Of a stretch of 64,000 nt of DNA, positions 1-13,900 are shown piece by piece (positions within the stretch are counted from its first letter, which is position 1; every line of letters begins with the position of its first letter). The notes under the pieces were generated by a model. It saw only the letters and a list, made by a program, of their open reading frames with translations, ran no database searches and had not been told where the DNA came from. This stretch comes from the human T2T-CHM13v2.0 reference genome, Homo sapiens. The DNA is taken from NCBI RefSeq assembly GCF_009914755.1, contig NC_060935.1; one strand, written 5' to 3'. Made by a program: the position numbers and the translations under genes.

Positions 1-39
1 TAAGGGCAACTACAGTTTGTTCCTGAAACTGCAGTATCA

Positions 40-217
40 CTAATGGCTAAGAGCACTTGACATTAGTCAGACCTGGATTTGTCCTGGCTCCCCCACTTAT
101 ATGGCCATGCAGACTTGAAGAAGTTACCTGTTCTCCTATCAACTTAATTTCCTCAACTGTACAGACTAAATGTAATAATATGTGTGAAGCATTCAATTAA
201 CATCAGCTATTATCATG
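40..217 (+). mobile_element. MIR SINE, degenerate
   Basis: MIR-like core: ggctaagagcac...agacctggatttg...tttcctcaactgta; boundaries approximate. Confidence 0.6.
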
Positions 218-257
218 ACTGGTTGTGAAATAATTGATGCATATCATAAGTCATGAG

Positions 258-540
258 CTGCAGGTCCAGGGGCCACATCTGCCATTCCCCAGATGGGTTT
301 AATTTGGCCTGTACCGTGTTTTAAATAACGTTGAGTTTGTTGCCAACATTTTAAAATTGGGAAATTTCACATAAAAATCTGAATTTGGGGCTTATATTGA
401 AAAATCATTAGCTCTGACAAACCTGGCACCAATTTCTTGCGTGGTAACAGTGGGTTAGCACTGGGGCTGAGCAGGGCTGGAAACTTTCCATGGCATCTGC
501 ACCTCCAGTTCACCATCGCCCAGTCCTCTCTTTGTGATAC
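258..540. mobile_element. hAT-Charlie non-autonomous DNA transposon, MER102-like
   Basis: gaaatttcacataaaaatctgaattt...gaaaaatca...ctccagttcacca resembles the recalled MER102 consensus. Confidence 0.6.
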
Positions 541-2731
541 CTTCTCTCTGTGGACATATGTCCTTGGGTCCCACATCTATAGGGTCCCGTATGACTCTAG
601 AATTCTAGCTATTTCGGCTCACTGGTATGTAGTAACGGCTTCTGGAACTCAACAAGAAAATGCAAGGATTATCTTGCCAACAATGCTTCTACTGCTTAAA
701 TGAAAGAAATCTGGTAGTTCTTCTCTGAGATCCAACAGAGCCGGTGCATTTATTGCTCTCAGTGGTATGTCTGGGGACCAGAACCCGCTGGCTCTAGAAA
801 GTGCCCCTCGCCCATCCCTGCCCATGGGTTGCATCAGCAGCGTGTCTTCTTTGTTCTCTCCCTGAAGGGTAGGATGCTCATGACCTTGGCCTTGCAGTTT
901 GGGTGGGTGCACCTCCTGTCCTGGTGCTGACATCTGGATGATTTATGAACATCATTACCCTTTCACTGGACTCTTACTCTTCGGAGTCTTCAGAGCTGCC
1001 TGGGCCTAGCGCCCAAGAAGTTTGCTCCTTGCATCAATGGCGATGCTAGACATATTCTACTGGCTGTGGCCCAAAGGTACTCCTGGTGCCTGTGTGGGAA
1101 GGGCCACGATGGGAAGAATGCTCCTTGCTCGCTCTCATTCTCCCAGCTTTTTATTTTTTATAGGCTGGAGGTGGAACTGTAAGAGCAGAGAGGAGGAGAA
1201 GGCTCACCATGAAGACAAAAGAAGTCCTGAGCCTTGGATTTTCTTCCTCTAGGGCTTTGTGGACCCACAGATTGGTAGAAGTTCTGTGAGGGCTGACTTC
1301 TCCCCATCTGTCCCAGATGGATCCCTTAAGGTGGGTGAGCCCTGGGGAGGTACTGGGTCTGCTTGTGGAGAGAATTCTCAGGGGTCAGGCCTGAAAGAGC
1401 TCATGCGGCTGTTCCTGCGGGTGGGTCAGTTTCTCTGGTGCATAATGAATAATGCTGCATGGGTTCTGGACTGTCCCCGTCCCCGGTGGAGGGTTTCAGT
1501 ATTCTTGCAGGCTCTTGGTTGTGTGGATAGTGAGAAACAGTGGGTCTGCTCTTGGGAAATGTGCTCTAATGACTCTTTACCTACATGTCGAATTCTCTAA
1601 CCTTGGGGACAGATGCACCATGAATTTGGTTTTGTAGGTTTGTGTATGAAGGTGGATAACAGACTTGTTAAAAGAGCTTTGAAATTCCTGCCATAACCTC
1701 TAAATAGTGGGAGTAGAGCAACCAAATTCTCTGAAGAGATGAGGAAAATACCCCTTTGGGCAGAGTCAAGCTTGCTATTCTTTAAATTCCTTCAGCTGGC
1801 TCAATAGGAGAGGAAGGGACAGCCAGAAGTCATAGGTCGTTTTCTGGAGGTTTGATAGCCTGAAGGTAATCCTCTCGTGTGTTCCCTCACCTAAAGATGA
1901 AGAATTTTCGTGTACTAGAAGTTGGGTTTACTAATCCTGTAGCTCTGGAAATGAATGGCCTTGCCTTCTCTAACTGTCCAGCTACCTGGCATCATGTAGA
2001 CAGGCCCTTCAGGTGACTGAGGGTTCTGGAACTCAGTTGCTAGAGGCACACACGAAGAGCCTGCTCAGAACCTCCTGTGTTTCCCACAGCCTCAAGAGAC
2101 GGGCAAGGCAAGAGCCCTAGAGCCTGTCTAACCCATGTCTCTGCAGGGCACAGGTTCTGTCACACTGAGTGTGGGTAGTTTTCCACCACAAACTCTGCGC
2201 CAGAATCACTGGAAGCTTCATGAATAGAGATTCTTAGGTGCCACCAGTGCACCGAGTCAGCACTCTGGAACTGAGCCGGAGATTGCACTTTTAACAAGCA
2301 CCCCAGGTGCCTCTGAGCTGAAGAACCGCCAGTCTCACGTGTGGACTTTAAAATCTCATGCAGAGAATGTTTCTCATTGCTCAATTTAAAACCCTTTTTA
2401 ATGGTGTCTCTGCTTAGAGTGGAGACATTCCAGGAAGAGAAAACTAAGCACAGGGAAGCTAAATACTGAGCCCTGGAGGGGTCAGGATATGGGCCTCATC
2501 ATCATCTGGTGCTGTTTCACACTGCGCTCGGGTCAGGTGCGTGAGAGCCCCATTAGCTGGGATGCCCGCTGTGCAGGAGCGTCTATAATCTCTTCTGGAT
2601 GTCCCAGCTAAGCCTGAATTGTTTTCTTAAAGGCTTGACCCAAATGCACCCTGATTCCAGGTGGAACACATTTTCACGTAAACCATCAAATGCTGGCTCT
2701 GAAGGGAATTTAGAGATCTATTCCAGAGCCC

Positions 2732-2732
2732 T

Positions 2733-2765
<33 letters not shown>
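2732..2765. repeat. (TG)n(TA)n compound microsatellite
   Basis: Directly visible. Confidence 0.95.
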
Positions 2766-3084
2766 GGAATTATAGGTTAGAAACAGACAAAAAAAGTGCC
2801 ATGATGATAAATTCCTGAATGTACATTCAAGGAGCTTCGTGGAGAGAGGAACTTGGGAGAACAAGCAACTACCAGATTCAGCCAATGACTGGGCAGCAAT
2901 GGCCTCTAGTTCCCTGAGAATCCCTTCAAGGTGGGGGCTGCACTCCAGGCAGGGACTCTGCAGCTCCACGTCCTCACTGGGCTTCTCCTGCCTATGGCCC
3001 AGCTCGCCCAGCCCCACCCTGCCTGGGCAGGAAACTTCCAGGCTCTTCCACCAAGAAATGCAGGCACCCTAACTTGCATGGGGT

Positions 3085-3720
3085 AGGATTTATTCTGTAA
3101 ATACTGAGTGCCGATTCTGTGCGATTAACAGGAGAGATGGGAGCCACTCTTGCAGAGCTTACTATCTTATTCTAAACTTATTAAATTCTGTTTATGTGTT
3201 TTTAATTGTATAGTTTCTGCCTGTAGAGAAAATGTTGGTGCTTTGGGAGTTGGGGTGGGGGTGGTAAGGAAGCCTTTTCTGAAAGGGTCACAACTGAAGT
3301 GAGATTTGAGTGACAAAGGGAGCTGTTGAGAGATAAGGCGCCGGGGACAGCAACTGCAAAGGCCCTGAGCAAACTTGGTTCTGTTCCAGAAAGGCAAAAT
3401 GCAGCAGTGAGGGTGGGGAAGGCCCTGACCATGGAGGGCCTTGCAGGTTGTGGAAGGGGTTTTAAACTATGAGGGGACCTGATCTGACTGACATTTCTAA
3501 AAGTTCCTTCTGGCTGTTTTGAAGAGAATAGATAGGGTGAGGTAAGGACAGGAGCAGGAACAGCATTTAGGAGGCTCTTGCACCTGCAGGCAGAGCTGGC
3601 AAGGTCTGAAGCCTGAGGGTAGGAGAGGACGTGCAGAGGTCAGGTGAGAGCAGGACATGTTTAGGGGAAACAGCAGAAAGGGTTTGAGGACAGAGGTCTT
3701 CTTACATGAAAACCCTGGCG
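3085..3720 (-). mobile_element. L2 LINE fragment
   Basis: aggaagccttttctgaaagggtcacaactgaagtgaga...caactgcaaaggccctgag, typical antisense L2 3' region. Confidence 0.65.
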
Positions 3721-4834
3721 AGAGTATGACATACATATGGGAAGACTGTAATTTTCTAGTCACTTCAGCATAAGCTTCGGAAGGGCAGGTGCCATGCCTA
3801 CTGAATGCAGCATTGCATACTGTTGGTGAGTCACCTCTTCCTCTGAAACTGCAGTTTCCTACACTCACCCAGGCACCCCTTCTCCAGGCTCAGGACACCT
3901 CAGAGGACTGGTGCATGGGCTGCAGCCAGCCTGACCCAGCTCTATAAAGAAGCTCACCCTTTACAGATGCCCCAGAGAGGCCCCCATCCTGCCCTGCAGC
4001 CAGCTTCCTGGGCAAGTGGGATCAGGTCAGTACATGCGCCTGTCCTTCCCTGAGCGTAAAAGGGGAGTGTGGAGGGAGATGGTATTTGAAACTTGGCAGT
4101 GGGGACCCACACAGACATCAAGAACAATCCCTTTGGCTTTCCATTTGCCAAGTTGTTTCAGGGTCCAGGGTTTGTGACTCATCCTGAATGGAAACACTTG
4201 TACAGCACCACGTGGCTCCTTTCCGCCCCTGGCCGGGCGGCAGTGACCCAACCAGCTCTGCACTTTCTTTCTTCCCTTTTAATGTATCCATAGGCACTCG
4301 GGGTCTCCCTCCTCCAGGGTTTCCTGAAACAGGATGCATTCAGCCCTTGTAGAGTTGCTGGGGAAGTGGAAGGAAAACAGAGGTGACTCTTGAAGCCCCA
4401 GGAGCTGACCTTAGATCTTGACACTCCTGGTGTGTGCAAAGGTCTGAGGAGACGGCCAGATTGAGGTAAAGCAGTAAAAATCCGTGCTTGTCAGGAAAGT
4501 AGCAAGAGCCGAGTTCTACACTAACCATTGGCTGGCCTGGGGCAGCCTGCAGCTGCACAACTGCCTCGTACAATGGCATGGACAAGCAGTGTCGGTGACG
4601 TAGCAGGCCGCTGGGGACCTGGGAGACATCCTGCTGCTGCAGGAGTCCTGTGCAGAGCAGAGGAGAGAGCAGTTTGGCAAGTGCAGGGGTCCCACTCTTC
4701 TTTTGGTTGGTGGCAGGGAGCAGGTGGGGCCTAACCTGGGTGGACAGTGTCTACCTCCCTTCTGTGCATTTTGCATTGGCCTTAATTGGTTCTCCCGGGA
4801 TAGTCACGAAAGCCCGACCTTTGTTCCAGGTAAA

Positions 4835-5017
4835 GTGCTGCATGTTTCATGTGTACAGCTCATTTAATCTTCACAGGACCTTATGAAGTAGTTATTATAT
4901 CTATTATCATCACAGAAAAGAACACTGAGCCTCAGAGAGGTCAAGCAATTGGCCCAAGATCACACAGCCTGCAAGAAACAGAGATGGGACTCAGACCCTG
5001 GTCTATTTGGCTCCCAT
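4835..5017 (-). mobile_element. MIR SINE
   Basis: ctcatttaatcttcac...actgagcctcagagaggtcaagcaattggcccaagatcacacagc. Confidence 0.8.
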
Positions 5018-6458
5018 GTGCCTTACTACTATGTTATACCCACCCCTCCAGGTAAGATTGGGAACCAGCTGTGGAAAGACTTTAATAACGGGATGGAGGG
5101 ACTGCCAAGCTCTCCCTCTGGCAGGATTGATTTTGCAGAGACTGTGAGCTTAATGAGAGCAAAACTCAGGTCTTATACTCCTTCATGTGCCCTGCAGACT
5201 CCAGAAGTGCTAGGATGTAAGAGGCAGACAAAAGAGTGATGTTACTGCTGTGAACTTTCATTAGGATGTGTAGAGTTCTGTTATATGTTTGGAAAAAAAT
5301 CCATAATCTCAAGAGGCTATATAATGCTCAGAACAGCTTTAGAAATTCTCTTTGGAAATTGCTTTCTGAGCCCCAGGCACATAAATAATATTTTTATATA
5401 TATCCTCAATCAAGGCAAGCCTTAGTCCTTCGAGGGTAGCTTGGAATTCCATAGGAATCTGAAGGTAACTCAGAGCCAAACTTGGTGAAGGGGGTGAAGT
5501 GTCAATTTCAGATTTGCAGTTTTGTTCAAAAACATGTTGATAAAGCAGCAGGCTGATGGTCATGAGCAGCTCACTAGCTGATTCAGAAGACATTTCTCTG
5601 CTGCAGCCAGCCCTGCTTCTGTGACTTCACTCACACTTTCCATCCGAGTGGAATAGCTCACCCTTGCCTCTTTCACACTCAGTCCCGTCCATCCTACACT
5701 CCACCCTTTCCCCAAATTCCTGTTCATTGTTCCACGTCCTCCCCAAGGGTTAGTGAATGGCCTCATAGCTGAAAGTGCTTTACTTGAAGCGAGTCCTGAT
5801 TCTCCCAATCCGAAGGCCCTGCTCTCACCCTGCTTTTCACCCGCGCTGCTCCCTGGGCTCTTCAGAGGCGATTTCTCCTGCCTTGCTGTTTGTCTGTGCT
5901 CTCCACTGGACCATGAGCTCGCTGAGAACAGCGTCTGAGATACTGTAGTCCCAGGATCTGCAGCCTTTGCTGAATTGACGTGGATAAATGTACTATTTTG
6001 AGTACATTTGCAGGAAAGGGTGAGGTTTGTCCTGGAGAGGGAATAGGGCCAGAGACACACAGCGTCCCACCATTCAGGAATTCGATGCCTACAGCAGGTG
6101 TCCTGTGGCTCACCGTCCTACACATGGCTCACCCAGAGTTTGGTAGCTTGATTTTGGAGGCATACCTAGAATGTCTAGAATTCTCAATTACTCAGAAGGT
6201 AGGATTTGGAAAAAACAGAGAGTGGAGCATCAGAAAAGTGAGAAGAGAAGAGACTCAGGACCCCAAACCCATGCACCTCAGCTGACAAAACCAACGGACT
6301 CTCACTAACCTAAATTCTAAACCCTCAATAAAGAGAAGCAGCAAAGGTCTGCAGCTTTCTCACCTGCTGGGTTGGTCAATGTGGTGCTGGTGTGGATGCA
6401 GCCAAGCGTTTCAGCTATGAGGCCATTCACTCACACTTCACCCTTATTTCACTCTGCT

Positions 6459-6815
6459 TGTTATGGTCTGAACTGTGTCCCCTCAAAATGTGTATGTTGA
6501 AGCCCTAACTCCCAATGTGACCCTTAAAGAGGTAATGAAGGTTAAATTAGAACCTTAAAGAGGTAATGAAGGTTCAATTGGGGCCCATGGGTGTGGTCCT
6601 AATGCAATATGACTGCCATCCTTATTAGAAAAAGAGACATCAGTAATGCCAGTGGACAAGCCCAGGCAGAGGGCAGCTGTCTGCAAGCCAGAGAAAGAGG
6701 CCCCCAAGAAACCAACCCTGCTGGCAGACTTCCAGACTCCAGAATTGTGACAGAAGAAATTTCTGTTGTTTTAGCTACGTGGCCTGTGATTTTGTTTTGG
6801 CAACCCCAGCAGACA
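6459..6815 (+). mobile_element. MLT1B-like ERVL-MaLR solo LTR
   Basis: Starts tgttatggtctgaactgtgtcccctcaaaa; contains aaccaaccctgctggca and aatttctgttgttt. Confidence 0.8.
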
Positions 6816-7789
6816 TCGCTGCTTTCATTTTCTTCTCCATCCTTTTCTTTTTCCTATTGTTTTATTCCCACCTGCTCAATCTCTATCTTTTATTATTTAT
6901 TTCTTTGTAGAAACAACAACAACAAGAGTATAAACTGATTTGGAGACTGTGGTTTAGAATTCTACCAGATAGATAAAAATCAGCAAACTGGACATGTGGG
7001 TTTCTGTAGTTACAAATCTTCCATCTAAAATCTTATTTCCCAGGCATGAGTTCCATTAGGAATTTTTTTTTCTATGCATATAAACATACACATATGCTCA
7101 CAATTGCATGCAATTTTCATCAGTCTGATGGGTACACCCTTCCTGATACAATTCTGGGCTTTCACTCAGTTCTAATGTGACTGGAAACTAAATGATTAAG
7201 AAATATGAATGAATTCAGCCCTCCCTAACTCAAGCTGGGGGCATATTTTCCACTCTGTCTCTTGTGCCCTCTGCCCAGGAATTTCAAGTCCCAAGAAATG
7301 GCCTCCAGAAGGAAATCCTTTGCCATCCCCCTAACTTGAGTATTCAGTGATTTCTGGAATAGAACTTGCCTGTTACAGAAATGGGAAAAATATGAAGACA
7401 CATGCAATAAAAATAAAAACTAAATTTAGAATGAAGAGGAGACACAACCTAGGTAAAATTTAATTTTCATTTTGGCTCATAGGTAATTTTATCCTGAAGT
7501 GTACTAGGGATAATGATGGCATGCTGTTTCACTAGAGTAACTGAGTGAAAACATAATAATGATGAAAATAATGAACATAATTTTTTAAAAATTCACCTTG
7601 TAGCTTTGTTATCTATAGATGATGTCATTAAAAGTTCTGAGAAATAAATATTACTAATTCAAGTTTACAGATGAGAAAAAGGAAGATCAGAGGAGATAAG
7701 GGATTTGCCCAATGCTAATCAATGAGTAAGGGAAATGACCAGCGTTGGACCTCCGAATCCGAGTGTAATACATCTTTCTCTGCAGAACT

Positions 7790-8400
7790 TTGACTCCTTT
7801 TTCTTTCTCATTCTCTATTCTTTGCCTTCTGGGATGCCAATTGCATGTTTGTTAGACCTTCTCTCTGTGTTTTGAGCATCTCTTATAATCTGCTCATTTC
7901 TTTCTTCCATATGCCGTTCAATATACATATTTTTTTCTATTGGCATGTCTTGAAGTTCAGGGATTTGACTGCTGCTATGTTCTATCCACTGTTAAACTCA
8001 TCTAGGGAGTTCTTACTTTCAGATATTGCAGTTCTAGAATGTCCATTTGCTTCTTTTTTTTTATAAATTCCAATCCTCTGTCAAAATTACTTATCTTTCC
8101 ATCCGTTTTTTTCAAACTTTCCCTTATTTTTTTAAAAAAATATTTTAAATAATTTCCTTCAAATCCTTCTCTGCTAACTCTAACCATTGGATACTTTGTG
8201 CATCTGCTTTATTGTATGTCTTCCCATTTATTGTGGGTCACATTTTCCTACTTCTTGCATCTCATTACTTAGGGTTGTTTGTCAGATGTTGTTGTTGTTA
8301 TGCATAAAAGACCCGCAGCTACTGAAGTTGATGTTCTTCTCCCCGAGAAAAAGTTTGCCTTTTCCTTAGCTAGGCAGACAGTACAGGGGGTATCACTGGA
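7790..8400 (-). mobile_element. Old L1M fragment (ORF1/5' region)
   Basis: T-rich antisense L1 pattern, e.g. ttctgggatgccaattgcatgtttgttagacctt. Confidence 0.6.
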
Positions 8401-8520
8401 TGCTGTGAGGAAGTGAACTAGATCACGGCTGGGACTGCAGCTGGGTGTAACTCACTCTGGTTTTGACCATCTCCTGGGGGACACATGGGGCACAGGTAGC
8501 ATGGACCCCTTTCTCTAGTG

Positions 8521-8739
8521 CAGGCTTGTCCAACCTGTGGCCCACAGGCTGCATGAAGCCCAGGACGGCTTTGAATGCAGCTCAACACAAATTCATAAAC
8601 TTTCTTAAAACACTATGAGTTTTTTTGCAAATTTCTTTTTTTAGCTCATCAGCTACTGTTAGTGTATTTTATGTGTGGCCCAAGACAATTCTTCTTCTTC
8701 TGTAGTGGCCCAGAAAAACCAAAAGATTGGACACCCCTG
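8521..8739. mobile_element. MER30 hAT-Charlie DNA transposon
   Basis: Terminal inverted repeats caggcttgtccaa / ttggacacccctg; internal ggacggctttgaatgcagctcaacacaaattc and tgtggcccaagacaattcttctt. Confidence 0.85.
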
Positions 8740-9588
8740 CTCTCAAGGGACTTTGACTCTTAAGGAACATGATACTGAGGGGGATTTGACTCATCTCTCC
8801 CAGCCCAGCCCCCTTCCTGTATAAACCAGCCTCTATCCCAAACCTTCAACAAAGCTGAGTCAAGTTCTCCTAGGCTTTGGATTGAGCTCCTATTGTGTCT
8901 CTGTCACCTCTTCCCCGAAAGCTGAGCTCTTTAACCTCCACATCATGTGGATTCAAAATCTGCCAGGTGTTCTGATTGGGGCCCCGCTGGGTGTGGTTGT
9001 CAGCCTCTTCTTCTACTGTGACTTTGACTCCTAGGCACTCTGAGGCTATGGGAGATTTCACAATTCCTGGCTGGCTCATCCCCTCAGTGTTCTGTGCCAC
9101 CCCAGATGCAATAACTGCCCAGCGGGGAAGGTCAGCCATGCTTTAGGGACTTCTGGATGTTCCATTCTTTGCCAGCCTGCAGGGCCCTGGGTCTCCTCTC
9201 TCTTTTCTTCTGCTCGCAGTAAGCCCACTCTTTAGATGGCCTCAGCAAATGCCCCTTGGAAAGAAAACTGCCAGCACACTCATTTCACTCTGCGGGAGCT
9301 ATTCCCCTCTGGAATGTTCATTCTTTTAGTCTCTTTTGCCTCTATGATTCTCCATACTGTTTATAAAAACATGATTTTTGTGATACATCATTTTTCCCCC
9401 TAGCTGTTGCAGTCAGAGGAATGCCTTGCTAAATCTTACTCAAAGGCGCAAGTTGGAAAACTGACGGTTAATTTATTTTTTCATCAGTGAGAGCACACCG
9501 AGTCATATTTTTTGCCAATATTTTATTATGAAAGTTTGCAAGCATACAGCAAAGTTGAAAGAAGTTTACAATCAACAACTCACATACA

Positions 9589-9773
9589 CAGCAGTGTGTC
9601 TGTAAACTGGCTCTCTGGAGGGAAAACAAAAAATCTGATTTGTATTGTTTGCTGATTTCTGTGGTGTGAATGTTTTTGTCTTTGCTAATTTCAAGTTACC
9701 AATGTGACGTGGGGGAGATTTGTGCAATATCAGCTCTGGGGAGCGTATGTGAGCCAGCTCAGGCCCACCACTG
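9589..9773 (-). mobile_element. MER63A-like hAT DNA transposon nested in an old L1 fragment (about 9505-10120)
   Basis: Termini cagcagtgtg / ccaccactg; the reverse complement follows the recalled MER63A consensus (cacattggtaacttgaaat...gagagccagtttac). Confidence 0.7.
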
Positions 9774-12021
9774 CCTGGAGCCATCACTTAGAATCTGTCA
9801 CCAACATCTTAGGGTGCTTGTTGAGTCATGTGTGTATCTTGCCCTCTATCCACTGTCAATCCATCTTATGTTTAAAATGTATTTCAATGTAAATTACAGA
9901 TATAAGAATAATTCTTTCTTCTTCAACATTAACTAGAGTTGGTTCACTATTTGTTTTTCACTAACTTGCTTTTACTAATTAATTTTTTACTATTTGTTTT
10001 GATGTAAAATGAAATCTTAGTCTTAATTGTGCATTCACTGAGTTTTGACAAATCCATACACCTGTGTAATCCAGTCCCTATCAAGATATAGAATACCATT
10101 ACTCCAGAAATTTCCTTTAAAGCTTGGCCAACTAAAATTTTCAGCTTTTTGGGACATGGACTGTTACTAAACAAGGCCTCCTTCATTATACTTGACCAAA
10201 TGATCATTCCACCCTAAATGCATGTCTTTATAATTGTTCAATTTTGCACTCACCAGGATGAATGATCAGAAATTTGCTAATACAAAACTTTGAAAGTAGA
10301 TGCACCATAATAGGCTGAAAGCTTCAGTACCCAAAGTGTACACCCATGTTGAGTCATGCCAAGAAAACATCACAGACATTAAACACAGACCAAACCCTCA
10401 GTCCCCAGGAAACAAGGGGACGTACAAGCAACCTCACATCCATCCCTTCTGATTCTCTGAAGCTCCAGCTCCCACACAAAGTACATGTGAATCATTCTGA
10501 TAATAATCCCATGACATAGTTGTCATCCCAAAGAACAAGCCTTTCCAACCTCCTGCCCTGGCTGATTCGGACGACACCTCACTTGGCAATATATGCATTT
10601 GGCTTCCACCTGCCATAAGTCAAGGAAAAATATCAGGCAATGGTGGAAAACAAAATCCAGGAAAATATTCACCAAGACAAAGGAGAAAGCAATCATTTGC
10701 CTTCAGTTATGGGGAAGGATATTTTAGGCTCAAGTGGTGAGAAATATTGGACAGTGTTTCAGTTCTCAACCACTAAACCATGTTCCAGATGAAGAAGGCA
10801 GGTTTGGAGAAAAGCAAATAGAAATCTCTCACCTGATGGGCCAAACTAGAAAACATTTTCAAAAACAATTTCATATATTTGAGATATTAACCACGACAGT
10901 AATTGGGACATAGGCCTGTCTTTTATTATTTGAGAGCTGCTAAGATTATGATACCTTGCCCATATGTCACAGCTGATGAAGCTTTTGTGCTTCGCTACTT
11001 AAATTCTACCACTGATATCTCACTCACCAGACCTGTGAGAATGGATGATGCAGATTTGTTTAACCATTAGAGCTGTGTAATAATTAAATGGTTTATTGCT
11101 AGAAGGTTCCATATTTCATGACTTCATGACCACATGACTCTCTAGCGACCAGATTTTCCAAGGTGAGTTTGGGTCATTTTCTTTTGCCAAATAAAAATAT
11201 GATACCCAGAGATAAAGAATATTCAAGAATGTGTTATTATTTAGCTCATTCAACAAATGTGTATATTTATATATTTACTTCTGATCTCTTTTTCACACAT
11301 CAACAGAGTTATGCTTTGTAGAATAATGATTTGTGAACAATACCATTTCCCTGCTATTGCACATTTATGGTGTTTCCAATTTCTTCATACGACAGGTATT
11401 GCCACAATAAATAACAAGGCATAGAAAGCGTTCTCTGTATATTGGGTTATTACTTAAGCATAGATCGAGGGATGTAAACCTTTTTAATACCCTTGAGCAA
11501 CATAATAAAATTCCCTTCCTAAAAGACTGTATAAATTTACAAACCTATTTTAAAAAGTCTCTGAGCGTCCATTTCACTGCAGCCTTACCAGCACAGAGTG
11601 ATGGTAATATATTGAACATGTCAAGTTTGAGTAGGGCACGCAGATCCAGGCTGGATATTACCACTCCAACTTTGGAGAATGTTCTGAAACAGGCCCTGAT
11701 CAGTAGACTTAGCTGGGTGAACTTTAAGGTCCCTGCTAAACTTCTATGATTATATTTGCAATCAAATTTTAATTATGACACAGCTAGTTATACTATGATT
11801 GTTTTAATAATACAGCAATTATTTTCCATAAAATATTACTAAAAATATGCAGAAAATGCCTGAATTAGTTCATATGATAGATATTGGTATAATCTTTTGG
11901 TTTTCAGGATATTTTGAAGACTAAAGTGGGCATGCTTACAATTAATTGATTTAAGATGCAAATTATTTTTACTGTTTAGGTATATATATGTGTGTATATA
12001 TATATCTAATATATATATAGG

Positions 12022-12434
12022 TGATATGTTTGCTTGGGCTGCCATAACAAAATACCACAAACTGGGTGGTTTAAACAATAGAAATTTATTTCTCACAGTT
12101 CTGGAGGCTAGAGGTCCAAGATCAGGGTGCCAGCATGGATGAGCTCTGGTGAGGATTCTGTTCCTCACTTACAGATGGCCACCTTCTTGCTGTGTCAATG
12201 AGGTGTTAAATGAGGACATAATAAAAGGAGAGAGAGTTGAAGAGACAGAGTGGGGAGGGTTGGGGAGAGATAGACATATCTTATAAGGCCATAGTCCTAT
12301 TGGATTAGTGTTCCACGTTTAGGACTTCATTTAGCCTGAATCACCTCCTGAAGACTCTTTCTCCATATATAGTCACATTGGGAGTTAAGGCTTCAATGTA
12401 TAATTTGGGGGAAACACATTTTAATCCACAGCAG
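12022..12434 (-). mobile_element. MLT1A0-like MaLR solo LTR
   Basis: gggctgccataacaaaataccacaaactgggtggtttaaacaatagaaatttatttctcacagttctggaggct. Confidence 0.85.
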
Positions 12435-12693
12435 TATGCATCTCCAATAAAAATGTATGGTTGGGATAATAGTTGAACAATACTAAAGCATATCTTTTTG
12501 AGTATAAATCGTCAAGTTGATTTTGTTTTCAGTCTCAAGTGTTTTTCTATGACTTCTTGTCAAGTCTCCTTCTAGGTCACCAGCTGGGATGGGAGGCCAA
12601 CTCTCCAAATCAGAAGAGGTAAGCAGTTGTTACTGAGGAGTTGACTTCCTTCCCATTTTGTTCCCTTCAGATTTGGGATTTATGTTAAGACCT

Positions 12694-13295
12694 TGTTATG
12701 ATTATCTAGTGCTACATAACAAATCGTTCCAAAATTTAGTGGCTGAAAACAATGGCAATCATTTTACTATCTGTTACAGTTTTTCTGGGTCAGGAATTTG
12801 AGCAGGACTTGCCTACGTGATTTTGGCTTGAGGACTCTCACATGGTGGTAATAGATGGAAGTTGAAACTGGAGCAGAGGAGCAGAAGTGGCTGGAGTGGC
12901 AGGAACTGGCCAGGCATCTCTTCCTCTCTGGATATATAGACACTGGGCCTCTTCATCGGGTCTTTCTGCAGGGCTGGTTGTGCTTCCTCACTGCATGGTG
13001 GCTCAGGGCAGTCAGACCACCTGCGTGGTGGCTCAGCACTCCAGCACAGTGTCCCATCACTCAAGGTAGAAGCTGCATTGTCCTCTAGGGCTTAGCCTCT
13101 GAAGCCATGCAGCGTCACTTCCTGAGCTTCCTTGTAACCACTTCCTGTTGGTTATAAGTGAGGCACAAGCCCATCCAAATTCAAAGGAAGAAGAGTTAGA
13201 CTCCATCACTTAATAGGAACGTGGCAAGATTCTAGAAGAGCAAATGGGATAAGAATTATTGTTGCATTCATCTTAGAAAAATACAATCCGCTACA
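12694..13295 (-). mobile_element. Older MLT1-family MaLR solo LTR
   Basis: tgctacataacaaatcgttccaaaatttagtggctgaaaacaa...gggtcaggaatttgagcagg. Confidence 0.75.
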
Positions 13296-13479
13296 AAGCC
13301 CCCTCATGGAGCACCCAGATCTGAGAAGGGGGTGCTTTCCACTAAAGTCTCTGCCTCCATTTTCCACTTCCTCTGCTTCCTTCTCCTTCTTGTGTTCTCC
13401 ATGAGCATTAAACCAAAATAAACAGTTCTGAGTACCCCTTTTAATCAAGATGTGTGAAAAAATGTGGAAGCTCATCCTT

Positions 13480-13612
13480 GGAAGAATAATAATAGAAACT
13501 AGCTTTATTTATCCTGGGTAAGAGACGTAAGAGGAGATGATGGGATCACTATCCCAGCACATGTGAAAGACGGGAACAGGCTTGTCCTGGGCTGCTCCAG
13601 AGGGTGGGTGGT
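13480..13612 (+). mobile_element. Possible L3/CR1 LINE fragment
   Basis: tttatttatcctgggtaagaga...caggcttgtcctgggctgctccagaggg resembles the L3 3' region. Confidence 0.4.
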
Positions 13613-13665
13613 ACAGGATTTTTCACAGTCCTGGAGAAACTCAGAGGCTTCCTTGGCTGACCACT

Positions 13666-13900
13666 TTTTTTTTTCTCTTTTTCAGCTTTATTGAAAAACA
13701 AATGACAAATAAAAGTTGTATATATTCAAGGTATACAATGTGATGCTTTGATACATTGTGAAATGATGACCTCAGTCAAGCTAATTAAGATATCCATCAC
13801 TTCCTGGAGGTACCTTTGTGTCTATATGTGGTGAGAATACTTACAACCTACTCTCTGAAAATTTGAAACATACAACCCATTGTTATTAACTACAGTCACC
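13666..13900 (-). mobile_element. L1MA 3' end fragment
   Basis: Poly-T then cagctttattga...tgacaaataaaagttgtatatattcaaggtatacaatgtgatg; ends abruptly at ttattaactacagtcacc. Confidence 0.8.

Noticed and set aside
13206-13475. Paralogous peptide pair (AHGEHKKEKEAEE) in ORFs at 13.2 and 16.4 kb as a gene family
   Set aside because: Similarity is confined to the 57-bp DNA duplication; the rest of each ORF is unrelated
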